DNA from: Mobula birostris
Lineage: Eukaryota
Direction: 5' to 3'
DNA: 64,000 nucleotides
Assembly: GCF_030028105.1 (NCBI RefSeq)
Contig: NC_092376.1
Location: 179,776,080 to 179,840,079 of the forward strand
How positions within the stretch are numbered: the first letter of the stretch is position 1; the number at the start of each line of letters is the position of its first letter. This document shows positions 1 through 13,300 of the stretch, piece after piece. The notes below the pieces were generated by a model. The model did no database searches. It was not told where the DNA came from and saw only the letters and a list, made by a program, of their open reading frames with translations. Both the position numbers and the translations under genes were made by a program.

Positions 1-325
1 GATCGTATGCATAGTCAAAGGCTTTTCCCAGGCATGAAATGGCTAGCACGAGAGAGCACAGTTTTACGCTGCTTGGAAGTAGGTACAGAGAAGACATCAG
101 GGGTAAGTTTTTTTTTTTTACGCAGAGATTGGTGAGTGCGTGGAATGGGATGCCGGCGACGGTGGTAGAGACGGATATGATAGGGTCTATTAAGAGATTC
201 CCGGAGCTCAGAAAAATAAAGGGCTATAGGTAACCTTAGGTAATTTTTCAGGTAATGATATGTTCGGCACAGCTTTGTGGGCTGAAGGGCCTGTATTGTG
301 CTGTAGGTTTCCTATGTTTCTGTAT
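1..325 (+). mobile_element. CR1-type LINE 3' end
   Basis: Encodes 'FFTQRLVSAWNGMPATVVE' (CR1 ORF2 C-terminus), followed by the 3' UTR 'gggctgaagggcctgtattgtgctgtagg' and a ctatgttt-type tail. Confidence 0.8.
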
Positions 326-1110
326 AACATCTTTCCACTCACTGAAGTCAGGTTAACGGCCGAAAATTTCCTTTCTGCTGTAACCTCCCTTCTTAAAGAG
401 TGGAGTGACATTGCAATTTTCCAACCCTCCAGAAAAAAATCCAGAAACAGGTGATTATTGAAAGATCACCACTAATGTCTCCATAATATTTTCGGCTACC
501 TCGTTCAGAGCCTGGTGTATAGCTCATCTGGTCCAGACGACTTTTCTATCTTCGAAACTTCCAGCTTTCCAAGCATCTCCTCTTTATTTATAAAAACTGC
601 CATCACCTCGGCCCCCTAACACTCTTCAATTTCTGTCATATTTTGGTGTTTTCCACAGCGAGGACTAACGGAAAACACTTACTGAGTTCCTCCGCCACTT
701 ATTCGTATTTCATTTCTACTTCCCCAGAGTTATGTTCCAGCGGGCCTCTTTTATCCACTCTCCTCTTTATTTACTCTTAATATATTTGAAATAAATCTTT
801 TGGTATCCCTTTTGATTTTTTAAAACAATCTTCCTAGTCTTCTAGTTTCCCACTAACTTCTGCAATGTTTTATGCCCTCTGTTTTGCCTTTATACTATCT
901 TTAACACCCATTGTAGCCATGTGTTGTTGATGTTGTTGACTTGGATTGTCAGAAGCACTTAGTCAAATTTTAACCTCCATTATTATCCTTTTAGAATACT
1001 TTGTCTTCCAAAGTGATCGTCATACCTGCTAGTATCTCCTTCCAATCAACGTAGTACAGCTGTTCCCTCATGCCTTTGTAGTTGTTTTTACTCCACTGTA
1101 ACGATGATAC
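326..1110 (-). mobile_element. Degenerate CR1 ORF2 fragment
   Basis: Minus strand reads as a decayed PLL..G.K..NFRPLT.TSVSGK pre-RT region, matching other CR1 copies in the window. Confidence 0.6.
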
Positions 1111-1119
1111 ACTGTAATA

Positions 1120-3315
1120 CAAAAGGATTTTCAATATGCAGGTAGATTAGAAACATCTCTTTGGATCTGGATTCCAAGAGAGGTAATTTGTAGGATGGCA
1201 ACGAGAGCTTTTTAAAGTAGGTTGTGGTTGAGCCAACCAGGGGAAAGTCAGTTCTGGACTGGGTGCTGTGCAGTGTACCAGATTTGCTTCTGCAATTAAG
1301 GTAAAGGAAGCCTTAGGAGGCAGTGATCATAGTATGATAAAATTTACCTTGCGTTTTAAGAGGTATAAGCTAAGGTCAGATATGTCAGTGTTGGAAAAAG
1401 AATTACAGAAGCATGAGTGTGCAACCGGCCAAAGTTGACTGGAAGGGGACAATTGCAGGATTGACGGCAGAACAGCAAGGGCTGGAAGCAAATCAGAAGG
1501 CATAGGAGAAATAAATCACAACGATAAACAATTATTCTTCAGTAGGATGACGCAAACGTGGCTGACAAGTGAAGTCAAAGACAGCATAAAAGCAAGTGAC
1601 AAAGTATATAATATAGCACAATTAGTAAGAAGTTGGAGGACTGGGAAACTATTAATAAGCAACAGCAGGAAATAAATCGGCAGAAAGATAAAAATGAAGT
1701 ATGAACGTAGCCAATAGCATATAAGAGGATACGAATTTTTTTTTCCAGATTTATAAAGATTTAAAAAAAAACATGCAAGAGTAGAAAACGGGCCGCTGTA
1801 AAATGACGGTGCTGAAATACCAACTGGAGGGGTGGGGGAGCACGAATAAATAGCGGACGAACTTATGAAGCACCTTTCGGCAGTCTTCACTATGGAAGAC
1901 AGTAACAGTATGCAAGACGATCTAGAGTGTCAGGGAGCAGAAGTGAGCGTAAGTTGCCATTGCGAAAGAGAAGGAAGCTGAAAGGTGTGGAGGAAGATAA
2001 GTCTCTGGTCGAGATGGACCACAGACTAGTGTTAGACAGTAGACAATAGATAATAGGTGCAGGAGTAGGCCATTCGGCCCTTCGAGAGATGTAGCTGGAG
2101 AGATTGTGGAGGTAATAGTAATGATTTTCAAAGAATTGCTAGATTCTGGAATGGCTTCGGAGGACTTGAAACTTTCAAATGTCACTCCACTCTTTAAGAA
2201 GGCAGGGAAGTAGCATAAAGGGAATTATGGGCTAGATAGCCTGTTTCAGTAGTGGAGATGCGGGAGATCGTTATTAAGGATGAGATTTCAGGTACTTGAA
2301 GCCGCGTAATAAAACAGGCCAAACACAGTATGGTTTCCTTAAGGTGAAATCTTGCTTCAATAAAACTATGGAACTCTTTGAGGAAATAACAAGCAGGATA
2401 GACAAAGGCGAAACAGGAGATACTGATTACTTGGATTTTCAAAAAGCCTTTGTGGAGGTGCCACGCATGAGTTTGCAGAATAAAATAGAAATGTATGGTA
2501 TTGCAGGATAGACACCAGCATGAATAGAAGATTGGCTGACGGGCAGGAAGCAAAGAGTGGGAATAAGGGGTACTTCTCTGGTATGTTGTCGGTAATTAGC
2601 TGTGTTCCACAAAGCAGTGTTGGGAACACATCTTGTCATTTTATATGTCAATGATTTTGATGACAGAATTGATGGATTTTTGGAGGTCTACGGACGATAG
2701 GAAGATAGGTGGAGAGGTAGGTCTTATTGTGTAAAAAGGATATTTGTCTTTATAACGCATTAGTAAGATTACACTTGGAGTATTGCGAGCACATTTGGGC
2801 CCCTTATCTAAGAAAAGTCGTGTTGGCATTGGAGAGGAGGCATAAAATATTTATGAAAATGTTTCCGGGAATGGAAGGTTTAACGTGTGAGGAGAGTTTC
2901 ATGGCTCTGGACCTATACTCTCTGGAATTTTGAAGAACCTGGGATTGGGGGTGCTGGAGGGGAGATGTCCCATTTAAACATATTTAACTGTGAAACGCCC
3001 AGATGGGGTGCATATATAGAGGATTTTTCCTATTCTGGCGGAGTTCAAGACCAGAGGAAACAGCCTCAGAATAGAGAGAGTTGGAGGAGGAATTTCTTTA
3101 ACCAGAGAGAATCGAATCTAAGGAGTTCTTGCCACACCCGGCCGTGTAGATAAGTAATTGCCTATACTCACAGCGGTTCTTGATTAGTAAGGATGTCGAA
3201 AGTTACGGGAAGAAGAGGAGTATGGGGTTGAGAGAGATAATAAGCCAGCTGATGGAATGGTGGAGCAGACTGGATGGCCCGAATGACTTCATCCTGCTCC
3301 TGTGTCTTATCTGAT
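1120..3315 (+). mobile_element. Degenerate CR1 LINE (end of endonuclease, RT, 3' UTR)
   Basis: ORF fragments 'QYGFLKVKSC..ELFEEITSRIDKG..YLDFQKAF' and 'LYNALVRLHLEYCEHIWAPYLRK', with many stops and frameshifts. Confidence 0.85.
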
Positions 3316-3514
3316 TTTAGCTTCTTCCTCACATGAATTCTAGGCAACAGAGGAAAAAGTTTTGTTGGGTTATTGGCTGAATGCGGGTAGTTGGGACCAG
3401 AAGGAGGATGCTCTGGTTGCCATTGACCTGTTGTACCAAAGAGCCGGTTTCAGTCATTATTACTGTCTGATCATGCTTATGGCAGATTAGGAAATGGCTA
3501 TCCTGCAGAATCAG

Positions 3515-3750
3515 TCAATGTACTCAATAGGAAAAGAAAATCCAAAATAATCTCAGCAGGTCAGACAGCATCCATGATAAGAGAAAAGTAAATAAAGGTG
3601 CAAAATGAAAATCCTTCCAATCTTCGTCCGACAAAGGGTATTTGACAAGAAAGGTCGATTTTGTTGCCTGTAAATTCATATATTGCATCATGTTGAGAGT
3701 TTTCACCATTCAGTTGTTTTTCTTCATTTCCAGGCTCCGCCGTTTTTAAA
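3515..3750. mobile_element. Short Penelope-derived hairpin-type repeat (decayed)
   Basis: 'aatctcagcaggtcagacagcatccatg' arm is shared with the copies at 25065-25262 and 37395-38350. Confidence 0.45.
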
Positions 3751-5220
3751 TACTAATCTTTAGAGAAAACACGGACAATCCAACACGTTCGTAGTTCTAG
3801 TGTAATCAATTACCTTGATACATCTCCGAGTCCAGAGAAATTGAGAGCGAAAAATACATTTCCGTTCTCAATGTAGTAAAGTTGCAAAATCAACACACTT
3901 GAATAGAATCCAGTCACTTAGTAAAGGAGTCCATATAGGTTCTTGATGAGATGGAGTGATGTCTCACATTTACGATAATCAAAGAAATTTGGCGCAGTGT
4001 GGCTCAGACGACAATCAAATCGATGCATTCCTCACCCTTAAGAGCAGGTGGTGTGGGGCGAAGTTCTTTCTCAAAGTCCTACTATCACCAACAGCTTCAA
4101 GCTATCATTGTACAATCAATATGTTATTGGTATCAGCGGCTGAAGAAATTTGAAGGAGGTTCGTCTCCTGATAGGATATTCCATTTTCTATAAATAGTCT
4201 AAACATTGGTAATTGAGTACACTTGCGTACATCACGTAAAAAATACTTGGTCATGCTTTCTTTTGCAAACCTTTCAAGATCGGAGAAAGAGGACATTGAT
4301 GAGATCCTCCAGTAATTTGACTGATGGAAGGGTTTCTGAAAAGTAAACGTATCTGCTTAATTCATCACTGCTAAGGCAAATTATATTTCCAAATTACACA
4401 CTACATAGATATTGCCGGAGATCACATCTGAATATCAAGTAGCTGATGAATATCATTTTTCGCACTTCAGTCAGGTTCCATTAAGGAAGCAGTGGATTTC
4501 CCAGCTTGCAAACAATTCGAAAGATTGTTTGGAAGAATTCCACTATTAGTGACTTCGTTATAAGACGCATCAATTCAATGGTCCTTTAGTTATGGGATTA
4601 AATAAATTACATTAAAACCGACAGATTGTCAATAGGTGCAGAATGTAGACGAAGATTCTGAGCATGTCAATTAAAACTGAGATCAAAAGAAATGTTTTCA
4701 CCCAGGCTTTTATGAACGTTGGGATCTTTTTATTGTAGTCGTCAGTGGAAAAGAAATAAAATATATCCATGCAAGAGTCAATTCTTACTAATGTATGGAT
4801 CCACGGTTATGAATACAAAGTAGAACACGGTGCTGAATTGGATACGTTGAAAGTTGGAGCAAGTCTATTGAAATAAATGATAGATTCGTTGTCCTGTTTT
4901 TAGTGCTTCTGTATCTGTTCAATGTATTGTCCCATTACCTACTTTTCTGAATTGACCAAATCTGGTTATCCTACTAATGTTATGATGACCTCTTTGTCAC
5001 TTACGTACTGCTGCACATTTGTTCAAAAAGAGAATGGAAATACGAAAGCAAAACAAAAGGAAAGAAAAAACTTGCACGCAATGAACACTAATAAACTAAA
5101 AAGGTCACAGGACAAATATTCACCACTGAAAAATAATAATAGTATTTCAGAAAATAATGTAGGAGAACTAATTGAAGTTGCACAACAGAAAATGAAGAAC
5201 GCAATTCTTCTGATGTTCAG

Positions 5221-5360
5221 TAGAGGCACCATTGCTTTAAGATAGTTTGCTGTTATTATTGGCCCAGTCTCTTTGTGTCGCTGTCTACCAATGAGATTTT
5301 AATATGTGGCTAGCGATCCAGCAACCCTCCCCCAACTCCATGTACTGTGCTGTGTCGAAA
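5221..5360 (+). promoter_or_regulatory. Clustered-protocadherin promoter with CSE (CGCT core, putative CTCF site) between inverted CCAAT boxes
   Basis: ATTGG 5258-5262, GTGTCGCTGTCTACCAATGAG 5275-5295 (CGCT 5279-5282, CCAAT 5288-5292), about 265 bp upstream of the ATG. The block is conserved upstream of the other two intact exons. Confidence 0.9.
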
Positions 5361-5545
5361 GAACATACAGCAGCCTTTCCGGCAGTGCCTTCATCCGCAT
5401 TTGAAAGAAGGACGCAAAGACTCGGAAGATTTTCTGTGGTTATCGTACTAAAAATATACAATACTTGTGCTGCAAACTATTTTATGGAAAAATGCAGTTT
5501 TCGCCGTAATATTAAGGTATTTATATTTCGATAGTTTGTTCCGCA

Positions 5546-8005
5546 ATGGCAAGCTTAATGTACAATCAATTAAGACAATGGCAATTTTTGTATCTGTTGC
5601 TCGTATCTGTTTCGGATTTAATCTGTAAGAAAATCCACTACTCAATCCCCGAAGAACTGGATAATGGAGCCTTTGTCGGAGATATTTCCGCAGATCTCGG
5701 AATAGATGCAAAATTTCTAATGGAGCGAAAATTACAGATATTGTCCGAGAGCAAAACGCAATATATCGATGTGAACATAAACACAGGATCTCTCTTCATA
5801 AAGGAAAAGATAGACCGTGAGCAGCTCTGCGAACAAAGCCTCACGTGCGTATTGATACTGGAGGTTGTGCTGGAAAATCCGCTAACGCTACATGGTGTAG
5901 AAATTGAGATTCTCGATGTAAATGACAATGAACCGGTTTTCCCGAGAAGTGAGTTAAATCTTGAAATCTCCGAAATGACTGTTGTAGGAACGTCATTCCC
6001 TCTCCCGAGCGCGCAAGACCGGGACGCGGGAACCAACGGTGTTCGGTCTTACCAACTGAACCCCAACGGGCACTTTGGTTTGAAATTTCAACCAGGTGGT
6101 GAAGAAAGTGGCAACCTAGAACTGGTATTGGAGAAATCGCTAGACAGAGAGCAACAAGCCACTTATCAGTTAATACTTACCGCGTTTGATGAAGGGCATC
6201 CCCAGAAGACTGGGACCAGTCAAATTAAAATTACTGTTGTTGATATGAATGATAATGCCCCAGTTTGCGAACAGAACGTGCAAGAAATTTCAATTACTGA
6301 AAATATCCTCCATAATACATTAATAGCGAAAGTAACTGCGGTGGATTTGGATGAAGGAATAAACGGTAAAATAGAATATTCTTTCAATAATGACACTCCA
6401 GAAAAAGTGCGGAAGGTATTTAGCTTGGATTCCTCAACCGGAGACATTACAGTAACTGGTAACGTGGATTTTGAAGAAATCCAAATTTATCAGATTACAG
6501 TGCAGGCCAAAGATAGAGGCCCGCATCCATTGTTAGCATATTGTAAGATTGTGATAATGGTTAAAGATGTTAATGATAATAGTCCTGAAATAATGATAAA
6601 GACTATGTCGAGCACTGTTCCTGAGAATATTAGCACGGATTCTGCGATAGCTTTTCTCAAAGTTTCAGACCGTGATTCTAAAAATCCGGCAGATATTCTT
6701 TGCCAAATCAACGACGCTATTCCATTTAAGCTTAACACCTCCTTAAGTAGCTTCTACACGTTAGTCACGCACGGCGACTTAGACCGTGAAAGTGTGCCAG
6801 AGTACAACATTACCATTACATGCACCGATGCAGGCTCCCCTCCACTGTCGTCCAGCAAGACTGTCCATGTTCTTGTCACAGACATAAATGATAATGCTCC
6901 ACGTTTCACTCAGAATTCCTTCACAATGTATGTCAGAGAAAATAATGCTGTGGGAGTTTCAATTGGTTCCGTGTCGGCCGTCGATCCAGATTCCAATAAA
7001 AATAGTCAAATGACATTTTCTATTTTGGATAAGTTGGTGCAAGGTTTGCCTACGTCAAATTTCGTCTCATTAAACGCTGCAAGTGGTGTGATACTTGCTG
7101 AAAGATCTTTTGATTATGAAGAGCTGAAACAAATTCAAATCAATGTTCAGGTAAGGGATGAGGGAATTCCTCCTCTCTGTAACAACGTTACTGTTAAAGT
7201 GATCATCATCGACCAAAATGACAATGCTCCTCTGATCGCGTCACCTCTGCCAAATAAAGACTCTGTAACTGAAGAGACAATACCGAGGTCTGCAGATTCT
7301 GGTTATTTAGTGGCAAAAGTGACAGCCACTGATGCCGATTCTGGCCAAAATGCGCAACTTTTCTATCAACTTCAGCTGCCCACAGATAAGAGCCTCTTTA
7401 CCGTGGCTCACGAAACAGGAGAAATTTGGACCATCCGTCGTTTTCTGCGTAGAGATCCCTCCAAACAATCAATTGCAGTTGTGGTAAAGGACAATGGAAC
7501 TCCATCTCTTTCATCTACTGTCACTATCAATGTATTAGTACAAGACGATTATGCAGACAAACCATCCATTCCCGGCAGATTTCAAATCCCTGGGCGGTGG
7601 CAATATGATTTGAAGTTTTATTTGATTATCGCATTTGGCTCAGCCTCCTTGGTTTTCTTTGTGGCTATTATAATCCTTGGCATTAAAGTGCAGAAAGATA
7701 GGATTGAGAATAACCTTTGTTGGAAAGGGTCAAAATTCTCGAGAGCAGAGTCGTTTCATGCGGTTCAAAAAGCTAGCACGAATCTACAAATACAACAAAA
7801 TTATTTGGAAGTTTATCAAGGGGAGGTTGTCTCGAAACCATTTCGTTATGAAGTCTGTTCAGATCCAACTATGAGTGACTTCATGCTCTTAACGTCGCAT
7901 AATTCTTCCGCCCCCACGATATGTAATACGAATGGTCCATGTGTACCTGAAACACGTATAAAGTCATCAAACTCTTCGAATAAGGATTCAAGTGGATTTT
8001 ACCAG
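5546..8005 (+). CDS. Clustered protocadherin variable exon A (signal peptide, EC1-EC6, TM, variable cytoplasmic domain; 820 codons)
   Basis: ORF 5546-8047 with YSIPEE, DRE, C-X5-C (CEQSLTC), repeated DxNDNxP linkers and TM 'YLIIAFGSASLVFFVAIIILGI'. Consensus donor CAG|GTAAGT at 8005/8006, phase 0. Confidence 0.97.
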
Positions 8006-8274
8006 GTAAGTTCTGTATTATTAAAATGCGTCTATACCTTTTTTTAATTTTCACCAAGTACGTTAAGGAGTGCGGTACAGTAATACAATAATTATGGTTC
8101 ATGATTAGTAACAGGGGACTCTAACTAAAATGCCCCAATGGTTGGCTAAAAAATAACTTCACTTAAAATAAACCCATAGCTTTACCCTTGCGAATTCAGC
8201 TATATGTGTTCCAAGGTACAACTGAAAATTCATCTCTTAAATAACAATGACTCTCTTAAATAACTTTTGGTAAA

Positions 8275-8520
8275 ATTAGATTACGAGGACATGCAGTGCT
8301 CTTTTATTGTCATTTAGTAATGCATGCATTAAGAAATGATACAATGTTCCTCCAGTGTGATATCACAGAAACACAAGACAGACCAAGACTGAAAAACTGA
8401 CAAAAAAAAAACACATAATTATAGCATATGGTTACAACAGTGCAAGCAATACTGTAACTTGATGGAGATCAGGCTATGGGCACGGTAAAAAAAAAAACAG
8501 GCCATAGACACGGTAAATAT
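8275..8520 (-). mobile_element. LINE 3'-end remnant (probably Rex1/Babar-like)
   Basis: 'ttttattgtcatttagtaatgcatgcattaagaaatgatacaatg' resembles the reverse complement of LINE 3' UTR/poly(A)-signal ends; no coding remnant. Confidence 0.35.
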
Positions 8521-8799
8521 AAAAGCATGAGTAAACCCACACTCTGTACCCAGAATACATAATACTAGACATCAGTTCTGCGACTAATAGTCTTACAATC
8601 ATGAGAAATGTACGCATGGGCTCGCAAATTTGCTAATAGAGCAGGTGGACTCAGAAAAAGGGAATGTTGGAGCAGGACCTCCGCATGGATGTACTAAGCC
8701 AAAGGGACTTGATTTTATAATTCTTTCTAAGTCTCATACGTGGCTTTTGGGCAGGCTGTTCCATGTTTTGTGGTTTAATTCAGACTGTGACAGAAAAGC

Positions 8800-9850
8800 T
8801 CAAAGTTCAAAGTAAATTTATTATCAAAGTACAGATAGGTCACCATATACAACCCTGAGAAATATTTCCTCATAGTCATACTGAATAAATCTAAGAATAA
8901 TTACCATAACAAAATCAATAAAAAGCCGTTGAGCCTGAGTGCAGAAGAGAACAAACTTAAAATACAAAAGAAAAAAAATAATAATACATGAATGCGCAAT
9001 AAATACTGTATCAAGGACATGAAATAAAGAGTCCTTGAAAGCGAGTGAATGGTTGAGCGAAGATTTTAATGATGGGGCAAATGAAGTTGAGGGCAGTTGT
9101 CCCCTCTGGTACTTGAGCTTGATAGTTGAAGGGTTGTAGCTGTCCCCGAGCACAGTGGTGTGAGTCCTGAGACTCCTGTACCCTCTTCATGATGGGAACA
9201 GCGGGAAGCAATCATGTTCTGGGTGATAGAGGCGCCTGATGATGGATGTTGCCTTCCTGCAGCTCAGTTTTATGTAGATATTCTCTTTGGTTGGGAGGGC
9301 TTTGCGCGTCATGCACTGGGCCGTATCCGCTGATTTTTTTTTGAAGGTTTTCCGTTCAAGGGCATTGGTGTTTCCAAGTAAGTTGCGATGCAGCCAGTCA
9401 ATATGCATTTCACCACATGGCTATCAAAGTCTGTCAAAATTTTAGATGCCATGCCGAATCTCCCCAAATTCCTAAGGAAGAACAGGCGCTGCCGTGCTTT
9501 CTTCGTAATTACAGTTTTGTTCAGGAGGACAGGCCCCCTGAAATACCAACAACTGGGAATTTAAAGTTGCCAACTCTCTCCACCCCAATCGCCCGATGAG
9601 GACTGACTGACGGACCTCTGGTTTCCTATTCCTGAATTCTATTATCAGCTAGTTGGTCATGTTGACATTGAGTAAGAGAAAGTTAGTTTGGTACCACTCC
9701 GCCAGATTTTCAATCTCCCTCCTATATGCTTGGTTCATCGCCACACTTGATTCGGCCTAGGACAACGGTGTCGTCAGCAACTTGAATATGGCATATGAGC
9801 TGTGCTGGGCCAAAGTGTAAAGCGAGCGCAGCCCCGGACTAAGCACGCAG
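8800..9850 (-). mobile_element. Rex1/Babar-like LINE, 3' part
   Basis: Minus strand remnants 'ADTAQCMTRKALPT.ENIY..CRKATSIIR..HP.H..FPLFPS', a FADDT-like motif near 9770, and an (ACTTTG)-type tail at 8801-8815. Confidence 0.7.
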
Positions 9851-10359
9851 AAGATGACAACATGATATCAATCTGATCAAATCATTAGTTCAACAAACGA
9901 AGAGTAATTTCGTAGTTAATCTATGTGTTTATAACATTCCTGGTAGAGAACTAAGCAATCATAACCGTATCTAAATTGAACTAGATATGATGTAATGGCG
10001 ATATGTTGTCCAGGAATTTTATTTACTGGAACATAATATTAAAACATAAGCGAGTGAACCGAATTACACGTAACAGAGATATTGGACGCTGATCCAGCTA
10101 ATGAAATGAATTATTGGGATAAATAATGTAAGAAAGTCAGAGTCTTCATTTCAAAAATTGTGGAAGTTAATGGATTAATGCATTGCGTGACATTACAAAT
10201 AGCTACCCGGAGAATATAATGGAAATAAAATAAAGAGAGTTTAGCGAGACGTAGAAGGGCTGGAGCCATGGTATTGAAGCCATTATTACTTTTTTTAAAG
10301 GGAAGCTTTCTTTTGTTTGGGACCTGGTTCCAAGATTTCAGTTTCTGTGTCCCTATAAT

Positions 10360-13300
10360 GGTTAGAATTTATAAGGCATTTGTTATACCGCATTTGGGGT
10401 ATTGTGAGCAGTTTAGTGACCCATATCGAAGAAATAATGTTCGACCACAGGAGAAAGTCCGGATGAGATTGACGATAATAAGACTGTAAGACATAAGAGC
10501 AGAATTAGGCCATCTGGCCCATCGAGTCTGCTCCACCATTCAATCATGACTCATCCTTTTTTCTTCTCCTCCTCAAACTCAGTTCCCGGTCTTCTTCCCG
10601 TAACCTTTCATGCCATGTCCAATCAAAAACATATTAACCTTTGCTTTAAATGCACCCAACGACCTGGTCTTCACAGCTGCATGTGACAACAAATTCCACA
10701 AATACATTTCTCCACATCTCTGCTTTGAAAGGACACCCCTCTATCTTGAGGCTGTGCCCTCTTGTCCCTTCATAGGAAATATCCTTCCCACGTCTACTCT
10801 GTCTAGGCCTTTCAACATTCGAAAGGTTTCAATGACATCCGCCCTCATCCTTCTGAATTCCAACAAGAACAGTCCCAGAGCCATCAAACGTGTCTCGTAT
10901 GATAATCCATTCATTCCTGGAATCTTCCTTGTGATCCTCCTCTGGACCTTCTCCAATGCCAGCACATCTTTTCTATGGTGAGGGGCCCAAAACTGTTCAC
11001 AATATTCAAGGTGGGGCCTCACCAGTTCCTTGTAAATCCTCAGCATCACATCCTTGCTTTTTATTCTAGACTTCTTGAAATGAATGCTAACATAACATTT
11101 GCCTTCCTCACCACCGAATCAACCTGAAAGTTAACTTTTAGGGTGTTCTGCACAAGGACTCCCAACAACCTTTGCATCTCAATGTTTTGGATTCTCTCAC
11201 CGCTTAGAAAATAGACCACACATTTATTTCTACTAGCAAAGTGCATGACCATTTACTTTGTATTTTATTTGGCACTTTCTGCATCCCACCTGTTTCCTCA
11301 ACACTACTTGTTCTTTCACCAATCTTCGTATTATCTGAAAACTTGGCAACAAAGCCATCTATTCCATCAGCTAAATCATTTATATACAACATAGAATGAA
11401 GTAGTCCTAACACCGACCTCTGCGGAACAACACTAGTCACTGGCAACCAACCAGAAAAGCTTCCTTTTATTCCCACTCGTTGCCTCATACCAACCAGCCA
11501 ATGCTCTAACCTTGTCAGTAAATTTCCTATAATATCACGGGCTATTTACTTGGTAAGCAACCTCATGTGTGGTACCTTGTCGAAGGCCTTCTGAAAGTCC
11601 AAATATGCAACATCCACCGCATCTCATTTATCTATCCTGATTGTAATCTCCTCAAAGAATCTCAACAGGTTCGTCAGGCAGGATTTTCCCTGAAGGAAAT
11701 CCTGCTAGCTTTGTATTATTTTGTTCTGTGTCACCAAGTGCTCCATCACCTCATCCTTAACAATTGACACCAACATTTTCCCAACCATTGAGGTCAGGCT
11801 AACTGGTCTATAATTTTCTTTCTGATGCCTTCCTCTTTTATTAAAGAGTGGAGTACCATTTAAAATTTTCCAGTCCTCTGGCACCATGCCAGAGTCCAAT
11901 GATTTTTGAAAGATCATTTTTAATATTACCACAATCTCTAACGCTACCTGTTTCAGAACTCTGGGGTGTAGTTCATCTGGTATGCGTGACTTATGTAATT
12001 CAGCTCTTTCAGCTTTTTGAGTAGCTTCTCTCTTGTAATACTAACCGCACCCACTTCTCTTCCATCACACACTACAACATCAGGCATGCTGTTATTGTCT
12101 TCCACAGTGAAGACTGAGGCTAAATACTCATTCAGTTCATCAGTCAGATCCTTGCCACCCCCCTCCCCAACGTTATTATTCATTCTGACTCATTTTTAGC
12201 GGTCCTATATCCACTCGTATTTCTCTTTAATTTTTAACATATTTGAAAAAAACTTTTGGTATCTACTTCGATATTATTTGCCAGCTTTTTTTTATATTTC
12301 ATCGTTTCCCTTCTAATGACTTTTTTTTAGTTTCTCTCTGTCGGGTTTTTAAAACTGCCCAATCCTCTATCTTCTCTCTATTTTTTGTTATGTTGTACAC
12401 CCTATCTTTTGCTTTTGCAATAACTTTGACTTCCCTTGTCAGCCATGGTTGTACTATTTTACAAGTTGAATATTTCGTCATTTTTGGAATACATATGTCC
12501 TGTATCTTCTTCATTTTCGCCAGAAACGCATGCCATTGCTGCTCTGCTGACATCCCTGCCAGCAGCTCCTTCCAATTTACTTTGGCCAAATCCTCTCTCC
12601 TACCACTGTCATTTCCCTTACTCCACTGAAATACTGCTACATGAGACGTTATTTTCTCCCCAACAAATTTCAAGTTGAACTCAATCATACTGTGATAATT
12701 GGATCCTAAGGGATCTTTTACCTTTAGCTCCCTAATCGCCTCCGGATCATTGCATAACACCCAATCCAGTAGAGATGATGCCCTAATAGGCTCAACGACA
12801 AACTGCTCTAAAAAGCTATCTCTTAGGCATTCAACAAACTCACTGTCTTGAGATCCATTTTCCCAATCGACAAGCATGTTAAAATCTCCCATGACTACCA
12901 TAACATTGCCCTTTTGACACGACTTTTCTATTCCCTGTTGTAACCTGTGGTCCACCTCCCAGCCACTTCTGGGAGGCCTGTATATAACTGCCTTCAACGT
13001 CCATTTATCCTTGCAGTTTCTTAAATCAACCCACAAGGATTCAACATCTTCTGATCGTATGTCACATCTTTCTACTGATTTGATGCCATTCTTATCATTC
13101 TTTAAAGTGTCCGGAACGAAAGGGTTAACGTATAAGGAGCACCTGATGGCCCAAGGCCTGTACACATTGTGTTTGGAAGAATGAGCAGGAATATGATTGA
13201 AACCTACCGAAATATTGATAGGCCTAAATAGAGTGGATATGGAGAAGATGTTTCCAAAATAACGGGAGCACAGTGTCAGAGTGGGAGGGCATACACTTAG

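Noticed and set aside
5638-6738. Antisense ORFs within the protocadherin exons (also 39334-39812 and 47196-48638)
   Set aside because: Shadow ORFs expected from the codon structure of the sense gene; no independent features
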